NCBI GenBank assembly: GCA_951406725.2
Contig: OX597828.1
Span: 13,516,001-13,580,000, forward strand
From: Octopus vulgaris
Taxonomy: Eukaryota
Reading direction: 5' to 3'
Length of the DNA: 64,000 bases
Below the pieces are notes generated by a model. The model saw only the letters and a list, made by a program, of their open reading frames with translations, was not told where the DNA came from and ran no database searches. The number at the start of each line of letters is the position of its first letter. Position 1 is the first letter of the stretch. Both the position numbers and the translations under genes were made by a program. Shown here one piece after another: positions 1 to 12,758 of the stretch.

Positions 1-656
1 GCTTTCCTAATATGTGGTTTATGTTGAATACAAATGGTTGACAGTTTTTTTTTTACTTTTGTTCAACCATAGTGAGTCATTCAGGTCATATATACATAAA
101 TTTATTAGGTCAGCAGATAGAGATAAGATAAATGTGTACGTTTCAAACTGGTCAGTCACATAAACCACAAGCTATAAATTTGCGATCTGCTTGGTTAACT
201 TAGACAGGAGCCACAGGCAGTGTCCTGGATAGTGAAAGCTGAACACAGACTTACCAGTGCATAAAAACTTCAAGGGAGTTGTCAAAAGCAGTCAGCAACA
301 ACTGGTTTATTGAGCAAAAACACCTAAGCTCCACGAGGCTCTGGCAGGGGGAGGTGGTGAACCCCCCCCATTGTACTCTTTCACCACAACTTTCTCTCAC
401 TCTTTCTTCCAGAGGAACCATGGTGTAACCCACTATGGTGTGGTAAACTTTTTGACCCTAAGGATGGTTCAGCTCTCCACCCGTTAAAAGCCACCATTTA
501 CTGAATGAGGATAACAACGTAGCTATCGCGCCCGTGCAACCGCCAGTCTATCGCATGTGGCGGGTGGATCTTCAAGTTGCCACACGCATTCTTAGTAGCT
601 TAGAGTAGGCTCGAATTAGAGATTATTCTTTGTGGCTAATGGCGTGAATCCTGTTT

Positions 657-856
657 GGAAGAAGAAGAAGAAGAAGAAGAAGAAGAAGAAGAAGAAGAAG
701 AAGAAGGAGGAGGAGGAGGAGGAGGAGGAGGAAGAGATGAAGAAGATAAGAAGAAGAAGAAGGAGGAGGAGGAGGAGGAAGAAGAGGAGGAGGAGAAGAA
801 GAAGAAGAAGAAGAAGAAGAAGAAGAAGAAGAAGAAGAAGAAGAAGAAGAAGAAAG
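657..856 (+). repeat. (GAA)n/(GGA)n microsatellite
   Basis: Directly visible. Confidence 0.97.
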
Positions 857-1218
857 ACAGGGAGAAAGAAGGCGGTAGGAGGAGGAGAAAGAATTCCAAT
901 ATTCAATGCAAAGCCAGGAATCTGCATCTAATTATAATTCCATTCACATCCAAGGTGTTATTATAGAACTATGAAATCGACTCCCACCAATATTTGGTGC
1001 CTGGGGGTGCTTCAGAATAGTCTAGGTGGGCACTAATTTGAAATAATACTAAAGTGGGGTTTTGAAATAAGTGTATCACTGTAAATCTGATGGTGCAACC
1101 ATTGAATGGTGAGGGGAAAGTGGCATCCAGTGCACCCCCTTAGTAATGATCATGGTGGAGAGCTATGAAGGGGGAAATCAGATCAGAATCAATAGTTTAT
1201 AGTAAAGAGCTAACAATT

Positions 1219-1381
1219 GGCGTAGGAGTGGCTGTGTGGTAAGTAGCTTGCTTACCAACCACATGGTTCCGGGTTCAGTCCCACTGTGTGGCACCTTGGG
1301 CAAGTGTCTTCTACTATAGCCTCGGGCCAACCAAAGCCTTGTGAGTGGATTTGGTAGATGGAAACTGAAAGAAGCCTGTCG

Positions 1382-1435
<54 letters not shown>

Positions 1436-1635
1436 TCTATGTGTGTGTGTATGTGTGTCTGTTTGTCCCCTCAACATCGCTTGACAACTGATGCTGGTGT
1501 GTTTACATCCCCGTAACTCAGTGGTTCGGCAAAAGAGACCGATAGAATAAGTACTAGGCTTACAAACAATAAGTCCTAGGGGCGATTTATTGGACTAAAA
1601 GCGGTGCTGAAACAAGTAAAAGATAAAAAGATAAA
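1219..1635 (+). mobile_element. tRNA-derived SINE family A with internal (TA)/(TG) microsatellite
   Basis: A box tggctgtgtggt, B box ggttcagtccc, tail ...gaaacaagtaaaaga. Further copies at about 4481-4885(-), 7971-8374(+), 22676-23068(-), 24843-25150(-), 27698-28048(-), 34749-35156(-), 45170-45564(-), 46010-46796(-), 48303-48667(-) and 51150-51605(-). Confidence 0.9.
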
Positions 1636-3872
1636 AGATAATTGAGAAAAACCGATTGGAGAAGAAATGATTAGCTATGACATCATAGCTAATGTGCAAA
1701 TGGTGAGATTAGCCTTTAACCATTTCTTCAACATGAAAGAATAGGACTTTGCTGTTAGAGTTAGAGCCCATACTCTAAAACACTAGGGAACTAAAAGCTA
1801 AGACTGTTTGATAGACCTGAGATTGAGGTCTGACATGGCAACAGAATCACAATCAAATCTTTGATGGATTAGGACAGTTATGCTACTTGTCAGTGCAGAT
1901 GTTGGTGGCTGGACAATAGCGCTTCATTTCACTGTTGAGAGCAGGATGGGTTGGAAATGATGGTGCCTACCTCAATGGCATGTCACAGCTCTCAGTAGAT
2001 GTGAGATATTGTGAAAAAGATAGTCACTGAAATACAGGAAGTATAAGTGAACTATCTAAACCAGGTGACTTTGATGGTTTGCTCTCTGAGGTAAACATAC
2101 ACCATAAATAGCAGCAGAATGGGAAAATTCCCTGTGATGTTAGCTGGACAGTAATAATACTGGTGAGGAAGGATGCCAACAAGGGCATCAGAGATAATTT
2201 TTGGCTCATAACACAGAGTTTAAGATTTTTGGCTAAGGTGTTAACGAAAAGGCTGCTGGCTCTTGTCACTGGTGAACTGGTCAGGGAAATGCAAATGTGA
2301 TATCCCTTACAAGTCCATCTGTTGCCCAACCTTTACCTTGTACAATACATCATACTGAAGGCTTCAGAGGGGTTCTGATCAATTTGGCAGTTAAAACCTT
2401 TGATAATGTTAACCATCATTTATTAAAAACTATCCTGATGAGCAGACATGTGGTGAGACTATGTCCTATGTCACTTGCAAAGATTCTTTTGAGTAAATGG
2501 GTGTGGTCATTATCTGTGAGATACATCTTTTCACAGTTTATCTCCTTGACAGTCTTGGTTGAAGCAAAGACTGAGACTGGGCAGCTAGCATCTAGAATTT
2601 CATTATTTCATTAGATGTTAATCAATGAGATTACCAGATATTCTATTCTACGGAGGATTTGTAATGATGAAGTTTTATTATGAAGTTTGCATCAGAGAAA
2701 TGATTGAAGAACAATTGTTGCTTAATTATTAATATGGTCATTTTATTAAGATTGATTATATATCAATTATTATGTTACAATATTGAAGATGATTATATCA
2801 GTTGTTACAATATATATAAGATGTAATCTTGTCGGTTTGCTTGTGTATACATGTTTCTTTGCAGATACTCCATTCAGTATGATAGTTTGTAGGTTTATTT
2901 CAACTCTGTTGCTATTAGAGAAAAACAGAATAAAGAGAATGTAGATATATAGAAATGATAAGAAGTCTATGTTCACACAAATAATGGAAATGCTTGCTCG
3001 CCAGCCAGCATCCAGCTGAAAGAGGCTGTCTGATAATTGCTTGTGTATATATAATTTTGCCAATTTAATTAGGTCAGTTGAGAACAATAGCATTCTTTAT
3101 CTTTAATCCGAATTGACCAAAGAATACTCTGAGAATGGTTAAGAGGTGAGTACATTCCCAAGAACAATAGTGTTCTTTGACCTTAATCAGAATTGACCAA
3201 GAATACTCTGAGAAAGGTCAAGAGGTCAGTACATTCCCATTAATCTCCAACCGAAGAACTCAGAATACAAATACTCCAAGACATCTCATCTGATGTTCAA
3301 AGAATTTTGTGAACTCACTGCCATGGCCTGGTACTTTATTTTATCAACATCAATAGGATAAAAGACAAAGCTGACCTCAGTAGGATTTGAACTCAGAAGG
3401 CAATGGTAGAATAAACACCATAAGGCTTTTTGTCCTATGTTCTAATGACTTTGCCAATGAGTGAAGCATTGTGGCATCTTGCCTGAAGTTAGCCATGGTC
3501 TTTCATGAGATTAGCTATTTCTGATATGTATTTTGAGGTTGGTGCTTAATAGGATAATGTGAAGACACATGGCTTAGTGGTTAGGGTATTTGGCTCATGA
3601 TCATAAGGTTTTGAGTTTGATTCCTGCCTGCCCCTTGTTTTCTTCAGCAAGGCATTTTATTTCATTTTGCTAATTGTGCTTGTATTCCAAAGGGCCGACC
3701 TTGTTACATTGAATCTCCCTGGGAACTATATTAAGTGTATGCATGTCTGTGGAGTGGTCAGCCATTTGCACATTAATTTCATGAGCAGGCTGTTCTGTTG
3801 ATCGGATCAACTGGAACCTGTCTCATTGTTACCAATGGAGTGTCAGTTTTATAAATATTTTTAGGTGGAAGA

Positions 3873-4112
3873 TATCATCATCATCATCATCGTCGTCGTC
3901 GTCGTCGTCATCATCATCATCGTCGTCGTCGTCATCGTCGTCATCATCATCATCGTCGTCGTCGTCGTCATCATCATCATCATCATCATCGTCGTCGTCG
4001 TCGTCGTCGTCGTCATCATCATCGTCGTCGTTGTCGTCATCATCATCATCATCATCATCATCGTCGTCGTTCGTCGTCATCATCATCATCATCATCGTCG
4101 TCGTCGTCGTCG

Positions 4113-4147
<35 letters not shown>

Positions 4148-4452
4148 GTCGTCGTCGTCGTCGTCGTCGTCATCATCATCGTCGTCGTCGTCATCATCAT
4201 CATCATCGTCATCGTCATCGTCATCATCATCGTCGTCGTCGTCATCATCATCGTCATCATCATCATCATCATCATCGTCATCTTCATCGTCGTCGCCGTG
4301 GTCGTCGTCATTATCATCGTTGTCGTCATCAACATCATCATCATCGTCGTCGTCGTCGTCATCATCATCATCATCAGCAGCAGCATCATCATCATCATCA
4401 CCATCATCTTCGTTGTCATCATTGCCACTGTTGCTGTCATCGTCGCCGTTGT
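3873..4452 (+). repeat. Compound (CAT)n/(CGT)n microsatellite
   Basis: Directly visible. Confidence 0.97.
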
Positions 4453-5496
4453 CATTTTAACATCCTCTCTTCCACACTCTTTTATTCTTTTACTTGTTTC
4501 AGTCATTTGACTGCGGCCATGTTAGAGCACCGCCTTTAGCCGAGCAAATCGACCCCCAGGACTTATTCTTTGTAAGCCCAGTACTTGTTCTACCAGTCTC
4601 TTTTGCCGAACCGCTAAGTAACGTGGACGTAAACACACCAGCATCGGTTGTCAAGCGAAGTTGGGGGGACAAACACAGACACACAATAATTTACACACAC
4701 ACACATATTTATACACATATATACGATGGGCTTCTTTCAGTTTCCATCTACCAAATCCACTTACAAGGCTTTGATTGGCCCGAGGCTATAGTTGAAGACA
4801 CTTGGCCAAGGTGCCACGCAGTGGGGCTGAAACCGGAACGATATGGTTGGTAAGCAAGCCACTTACCACACAGCCGCTCCTGCGCTCAAAATAGTAACAA
4901 AATTGCTTTCAGATCAATCAATAACAGTTTATAAAAATGGAAGTACACGTCAAGCTAATGAGGAAGTTTTTATATTCTATGCAAATACTCAATCTGCCCC
5001 AAAACGGTAACCAAATCTCCTTCTAGTCGCTCTGTGCTGTCGTAAAAAAAAAAAAAGAAGACTCTAGTCTTTAAGTCTGTGAACTGTGATCTCTTGAGCC
5101 TTGATTCGATTGTAAGTCACAGTTACTTCCCTTTACACATATCGTGTCAGTCATGCATTGTTAGACATGGACGGATCTACTCCCTTACTTTCTCATGAAA
5201 CCAACAGGGATATGAATCAACGGGGGAGAATTCTATGTGGTCACTCAGCGCGTTGGAAATAGTAGCTAAATCTCCTTCAAATCTTTAAAGGGGAATTAAG
5301 TGGATAATTTTGGATAGTCATTAAACTTACAAGAAACTGCAACCAAATTACCCAGAAATCACACAACCTATCGTCTTAAGAATGGGAAAATATATTGAAT
5401 AATAAATTGATATGAAATACATCCTGTCTAAAATGATGGGATGATTACTCAATCTACTAGAAATAGTAGTCAAATCTCTCTCAGATCACACATATT

Positions 5497-5940
5497 GGAT
5501 CTTTTCGGTTTGAACGGCAGTTTTTTAAAATAATTTCCACATAACTAAACACTTTTAAACTTCGTATACTGGTAGAATGTGTTTATAAAACATCTTTTTC
5601 TCTTGGCTTTATTGAGAAAATTCTATAATTTGTAAGATATTTGTTGTTTTTTTCTTCAATTTCTGCAATTTCAACCAATCAATGACGTCTATTGAGGTGA
5701 AAACATTCTGTGCCGTATGAATATGTCCCTCGTTTAAGAAACAGATTGAGTTTATTTACATTTCTAAAGAAAAAAAGATACCCTTCCCCCCATCCCTAAC
5801 CCTAACCCTAACTAACCCTAACTCTAACCCTAACCCTAAAACAGATTGAAATGCAATAGATCGTTACTAGGATCATAATTATGGGTGACAATTTCATATG
5901 ACACCGCTAGAAAAAACTGCCATTCAAACCGAAAAGATCC
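5497..5940. mobile_element. MITE with about 28-bp TIRs (GGATCTTTTCGGTTTGAACGGCAG) and internal (CCCTAA)n, copy 1
   Basis: TIRs at both ends; imperfect 8-bp TSD cacatatt/cacatttt. Confidence 0.85.
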
Positions 5941-6455
5941 CACATTTTATCTTGAAATAAGGAAGGACACACTAGATAATATAGTCATTGATATATTGAT
6001 AAACTTGGGCTCAACTACTGGAATGTCTTTGATCACCTGAATGCAGGATCAGTGTCAACTTCAGGTTAACCTTTTAGCATTTAAACTGGTCATATCCAGC
6101 CAAAATATTCTACCTGTTTTATGTTGGAATCTGCCAGAACTGGCTAGAACCAGCATCTCACACCTACCCTACAATGAATGTCACTGTAAAAATAATAATC
6201 ACATCGTTAAACTTCTGGAGCTACGAGATAATGCGCATAATTATCTCGTAGCTTGTAATTCAAAATATAAACAATAATAAACCATAAAATAAATTCTTGT
6301 TGTGCAAAATAAAACAAAACTAACAGTAAAATGGAAAATAATGTTTATTTTTGTATACTTCTACTTTATTCATATTTGAAAAGTTTTCTCCTACATCTCT
6401 TCAATTGCAAAGTTTTTGATCAGATCCTCAAAATTAATCTAATGTAACACATCTC

Positions 6456-6893
6456 GGATCTTTTCGGTTTGAACGGCAGTTTTTAAAAATAATTTCCACG
6501 TAACTAAACACTTTTAAACTTCGTATACTGGTAGAATGTGTTTATAAAACATCTTTTTCTCTTGGCTTTATTGAGAAAATTCTATAGTTTGTAAGATATT
6601 TGTTGGTTTTTTTCTTCCATTTCTGCAATTTCAACCAATCAATGACGTCTATTGAGGTGAAAACATTCTGTGCCGTATGAATATGTCCCTCGTTTAAGAA
6701 ACAGATTGGGTTTATTTACATTTGTGAAGAAAAAAGATACCCTTCCCCCCACCCCTAACCCTAACCCTAATCCTAACTAACCCTAACCCTAAAACAGATT
6801 GAAATGCAATAGATCGATACTAGGGTCATAATTATGGGTGACAATTTCATATGAAACTGCTAGAAAAACCAGCCGGTCAAACTGAAAAGATCC
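6456..6893. mobile_element. Same MITE, copy 2
   Basis: Near-identical to 5497..5940; no recognisable TSD. Confidence 0.85.
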
Positions 6894-7328
6894 AATTATT
6901 TTAGCAAGTTTAAAGTGATTTCTTTTGTGCCATTTACCACTTCTGTGGTGCCCCCCCCACCTCGTACTTCCCTTGATACCCTTTGCACATGCTTATTTTG
7001 CATAATGGTTAATCCTCCAGCACTGCGTTCATTGGTGAATGTCACTGGTATCTCTGGTTCTTTTGTTACCATATTTCTATTGAGACACAAAACCTTTTAT
7101 TTCAATTAATCTTGAAAACAATGAAGAATTCTTCTAAATGACTTTGTCATTATAATGCATACTTTTTACCATTTACTTGTTTTGGTTTTTGGACTGGCCA
7201 TCCTGGAGTACAGTCTCAAAGAGTTCATTCAAAAAAACTGACCTCAATATTTTTCTTTTTTTAATCTGGTATTAATTCTGTTGGCTGATTTAACTGTGTG
7301 TATATATGTACACATACATACATATATA

Positions 7329-7884
7329 TATGGTGGCTGCCCCCTCGTTATCGAGTATGGCCATTGCACGAAGCTTAATCAATGTTGTTATCATGCAATG
7401 CCTGTGCAAGAAGATTTTTTTTAAAGTGAGGAAAGGCTGTGCACTGAGTCAATCCTACTCACTAAGCAACCGCAGCCATAATCCGAAAAGAAGAACAAGT
7501 CAACATCATCGGTAACCACTGAGCCGTAGGTTTTATGTCGGAGTTATCCCATTTACCTGAGTTACCTTCTCCTAGAAGGATGCCCTAACAAAGGCTAGGA
7601 GTCCGTCACTCCCAATGGTTTAACTGCGTGATCGGGTATTCAGTCCGATTATTTCTATGTCACCGCGCATGATACAGCCTTAAGACATTTATTGGATGGC
7701 TGTTGACTCTCAAGAGTTGCTCTGCCCTTTGACAGGTTTTGTTTTTCATCCCGCAGGGTGTCCAATAAACACCCTCCTCACCAAGCAAGCTTGATGGGGT
7801 TGCCGGTTTAGTCGCCGACGACCCGACTATGTAACAGGTTATACTGGGTTACATGTTACCAGTAGCACTCAAAAGCGACCTGAC
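7329..7884 (-). mobile_element. Non-autonomous RTE-derived element, about 555 bp, copy 1
   Basis: Reverse complement of 24179..24731. Contains the RTE-UTR-like tagggcatccttctaggagaaggtaactc; microsatellites at both ends. Confidence 0.65.
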
Positions 7885-8572
7885 ATAACATACATACATA
7901 CATACATACATACATACATACATTCATTCATTCATACCTACCTACCAACATTCACACATACATACATATTAGGCATAGTTGTGTGGTAAGACACTGGCTT
8001 CCAAACCAAATGTTTCTGGGTTCAGTCTCACTGTGTGGCACCTTCAATAAGTGTCTTCTACTGTAGCCTCAGGTTAGCCAAAACCTTGTGAGTGGATTTG
8101 GTTGATGGAAACTGAAAGAAGCCTTGTATGTGCATGTGTGTGTGTGAGTGCGCGTGTGTGTCTTTGTGTCTGTATTTGTCCCCCATAACTGACTGACAAC
8201 TGGTGTTGGTGTATTTACATCCCCGTAACTTAGTGGTTCAGCAAAACAGACTGATAGAATAGAAACTAAGCTTAAAAAACAGAAATAAGTCCTGCGGTCG
8301 ATTTATTTGACTAAAACCATTCAAAACAGTGACCCAGCATGGCCGCAGTCAAATGATTAAAACAAGTAAAAGAATGTGACTACACACATGCTGTTGATGA
8401 ATTTGTTTCCTTCTTTGGACTTTTCCCATTTTCCTTTCTGACAAAGAGCTATGCCCGAAACGTCAAAATCTCTCTTTTTACTGAGTGTCAAACTAATACA
8501 TTCCTTGTGCATGTTCTCTTGTCTGTTATTGTTAATTTTATTGTTCGTTTATTTGAATTGACTCTCTCTCTA

Positions 8573-8627
<55 letters not shown>

Positions 8628-8639
8628 CTGGCATGTGAT

Positions 8640-9235
8640 AGAATCTGTTGTCAGTAGTTATTTCTGTCTAAAGCATCACCTTGACCCTTGTAGCATTTGA
8701 CTATGGTGCTGCTACGCCAGTCATTGGGTATGATCCCTGCATGAACTACTTGATTTACGATGTGGGTGACAAGACCATAACTCACACTGCCCAATATTTT
8801 AAGCACCTCAGCAGTGATTCCTGATGGGCCAGGTGCTTTCCCTGTCATCATATCATTAATTGTTTTATCTACCAGATACTGTCAATTCAAGTAGCTGATC
8901 CCTCAATCGGGTCAACCTTTTGCAGACTCTCCTCCTCCCATTCCAAACCTCTTCTCTTGCAGAATCATTAAATGCATGGGAACCATCATTCATGCGAACA
9001 CATTTATATCCTATGGCATCATGGTGTTCTCTCACACAGTCTTGCAATCCGAAATACTTCAGTTCTTTGGTCCTCACGTCACTGAATATTGGTGAACATC
9101 TTCTTTTCTGCTATTCCCTTGGCTATATATACCTGTCTCCTAGCTTCCCTTTTTCTATCTGATACGTTCTCCTGCTACCCCCACTCTTGTAGGCCTTCCA
9201 AGCCTGTTTCTTTGCTCTAATGGCCATATGTGTTC
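8640..9235 (-). mobile_element. RTE-type LINE fragment (region just before the RT core)
   Basis: GKAPGPSGITAEVLK...IPNDWRSSTIVKCYKGQGDALDRNNY, with frameshifts. Confidence 0.85.
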
Positions 9236-9694
9236 CAAGCCTGTTTCTTTGCTCTAATGGCCATATGTGTGTGTGTAGTGTTGCTACTATGTTGATAATT
9301 GTGTGATATATGTATTGTTTTATTAGTAATGATGTTGTTAGTAGTAAGAATATTGATATTGATATTGATAACATTATTGTTATGGATAACGGTATTGGTA
9401 TTAGCATTATTGACTTTTTGTAAAGTAACACAAATTAGTATAATGAACTGTTTACTATATATGTCTGCATTAAGTATGAATATATCTGTTGTAATTTCTT
9501 AATATTAGTTGAGGAACTGTAACATTCAATATAGAACATTATTATGTTTATTGATATATATTGATTTATATTATTTATATTTATATTATTATGTATATGT
9601 ATATGTGTATATATATAAGGATATGAGTATATATGCACTCATATTTATATTTATATGTAAATGATTTTTGGGTATGTACTCATACTTACATTAG

Positions 9695-9810
9695 AATCTC
9701 CGAAGAGGCCATAAGATATTTTTGTTAATGTCTCATTTATACCTGCAATATATGGCTAATATAGGTTAAATGAGACATACATATCTGCAAGGCCGAAACA
9801 GCTGTCAGTT
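9695..9810 (+). ncRNA. Hammerhead-like motif with long stem II in an AT-rich Penelope-like relic
   Basis: CCGAAGA-ggcc...(atgtctcattta/taaatgagacat)...ggcc-GAAA-cagctg-TC; stem I is weak. Confidence 0.55.
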
Positions 9811-9997
9811 ATAATGTATATGTATTTTTATATCTTGTTATATTTATTTAGTTATATCTCATTATATTGATTGTAATTATTGTACTGTATTAATGTCTAA
9901 TCTTAATGTTCTTGTGTAGTGTTTTAATATAGTATATGATTCGGTATTATCTGATAGTTGATGAATGATTTAGATATATTTCTCCATTTTCTTATTT

Positions 9998-10038
<41 letters not shown>

Positions 10039-10053
10039 ATGTCTGTATGTATA

Positions 10054-10089
<36 letters not shown>

Positions 10090-11521
10090 TGTATGTATGC
10101 ATGCATGTGTGTATGTATGTATGTATGTGTGTATATATGTATGTATATATTCCACTCTGCAGAGTCGTTGGCGTCAGGAATGGCATCCAGCTGTAAAATC
10201 CCTGCCAAAACAGATACAATAACCTGGGGTAGTCTTCTACCTGGCAGGCCCTTGTCAACCATTCTGCCCATCCATGCATGGAAGACCAACGTTTGATAAT
10301 GATGATGAGGATGATGATGATATATATATAATTAAGGCCATAGAAAAAATTCTTGCCTATCAGCTGAAAGGAGACACTAAATTGTCGAACCACATTGAAT
10401 ATCATCACTATTATAATTACACACATTTCGAAAAGCGAGAGAGCAAGCTAACGGAAATTCATAAGATTGAGTTATCTCTGGATCAGACCAATTTCTGGAT
10501 TAACCCAAAGGTTTTTCCTTCGTCAGCAGAGAATACTGAGGAAATAAATGAAATACTTATACTTTTAAAGGTGGTGCTCCAGCATGACCGCAGTCAAATG
10601 ACTGAAACAAGTAAAAGAATAAAAGAAAACCCACAGAAAAGCAGATGCAATTTCATGAACGCAAACAAGCACCTCAAATATATCCATATTGAATTCCATG
10701 GTTTCACCCAATTAGGTCTATTTCTTTTTTATATGCGGGTCACTCATAAAATTTTTAACAATTTTGTCCTTTTATATTATAGCTGAATTAATTCCCATTC
10801 ACTTCGGGACAGTCTAGCTACTTTCATACTATTCTTACTATATAAATATATATATATATATGTTTTGTTCTGTATTATTATTATTATTGTGTTTGATTTG
10901 GATGTTCCTATGTAGTTGGTTAATAAATTATGTGAATTGGTATTATCTGGTAGTTGATGATTGATTAAAGTGTATTCCTCGATTTTCTTATTTTGTATTA
11001 TGAATTTGAGGTAAAACATTTGACCTTCGCCCATATAATACAATAAATGAATTAATTGCATTGCAATTCTTAGCATTTATGTATTAGCATTTTTGGGTGC
11101 TTTACTGGCAGTATATTGGATATATGTTATCCCATAGAGGGTTACACTCACAACCCCTATCTCACTTTCAGTTCCTTTGGTTTGTGTCTATGTATTCGTT
11201 TCTCATTGTGTTCGACGTCCTTTTGGTGTCCTGTACTCATATATGCGTGTATATGTACATGTAGAGGTAGGTACGTACATATATGTTTATATATATGTTT
11301 TATTTTATTTATTAATATATTATATAATGAAATGCACACACCCCCTTAATATATATATATATATATATATATACAATTATAAATGAGGGTGAAAAATCGA
11401 TATTAATTTAATAATACCGTCAATTTAACACCAAGTGGCTTAGCACAAAAAACTACGGAGAAAATACAAATTTATATATATATATATACTTTATTTAATA
11501 GCAGCAGAAATTCAACAAAAA

Positions 11522-11559
11522 CTGTCCGACGAACGGGAACGTGAAACTCCGAGTAACAG
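11522..11559 (+). ncRNA. Minimal type-I hammerhead ribozyme-like motif (CCGACGA core variant)
   Basis: ctgt-CCGACGA-acg(ggaa)cgt-GAAA-ctc(c)gag-TA-acag; stems I, II and III are all complementary. Confidence 0.65.
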
Positions 11560-12715
11560 GTTTTGTTGAGTTTCTGCTGCTTTTAAATAAAGCATATTAC
11601 TCTACCCCTGGTATTTGAGTACTCTTTTTTCCACCTTGTTTCACATTTATGTGTTTACTCCGGTATATATATATATATATATATGACAGGTTTCTTTTAG
11701 TTTCTGTCTACTAAATCTACTCACACACAAAGTCAATGAAAAGAAGAAATCATTCTTGTGTGACAGACACAACAACAATTAGCATATTTACAGTCACAAA
11801 TGTACCAGCATGTATTAAGAATAAATATGCAGTTCTTCATTTCAGACAGTGCTGATTAAAGTGCACATTAAAGTACAATTTATTATCAATTAGTAGATAT
11901 CAGAATGAATCAGTAAACAGTTTGTTTGCTGAAACTGTGAAAAAGTTCACAGGGTTTACTCTGACTGATAAGACACCAACATGCTGAAATACTGGTTTTT
12001 CAGGATTTTTTATATTCATTAACAGAGTGTATTATAAAAGCTTAGTCATTGTAATGGAGAAAGTGTTCTTCTGTGAGGTACACAAAAACTATTTGTAAAT
12101 TTACAGCCAAATCTGCTAAAATGTATAAAGAGTAACATGCAAGTTATCATTTTGAAGCACATTGCTCACTGTACACATAGTGATTTAAGCCTTTTGATAC
12201 CAGCCTGGCTGAAACTGGTTCTGGCTCTGTACTACAAATGTCATGTCATAAGTTTTAGACTAAAATCTTCTGCCAAACCCTTGTCACAATTTATGTTCCT
12301 AACACTAGCATAATGAGAATTAAGTTATTTTACTAAATTTTTTGTTATATCTAGAATCAATTGAAAGAAACACAGACCATCTCAAAATAAATACGGTAAT
12401 GAAAGGTGTGTTTACGTCCCCGTAACTTAGCGGTTCGGCAAAATAATAGATAGAATAAGTGATAGAATAAGTACTAGGCTTACAAAGAATAAGTCCTGGG
12501 GTTGATTTGCTCGACTAAAGGCAGTGCTCCAGTATGGCCACAGTCAAATAACTGAAACAAGTAAGAGTAAAGAGAGTATTCATCTATTCATATTCTGTAT
12601 CTCATCTTTTTGTATTTTATGTTGTTTACGTTCTGTGATGTCCTGTGTCCACATATACATATATATGTAAGTATGTACATGTACGTATGTATATATGCAT
12701 ATCTCTCTTTCTCTC

Positions 12716-12758
<43 letters not shown>

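Noticed and set aside
616-966. Homopolymeric ORFs (poly-K/E/R/L/F)
   Set aside because: They are translations of the GAA/GGA microsatellite. The same applies to ORFs at 3829-4539, 39823-40093, 42180-42583 and the YIYI/CVCV ORFs.
5796-5840. (CCCTAA)n as a telomere or chromosome-fusion relic
   Set aside because: The tract is short and sits at a fixed position inside a TIR-bounded MITE present three times.
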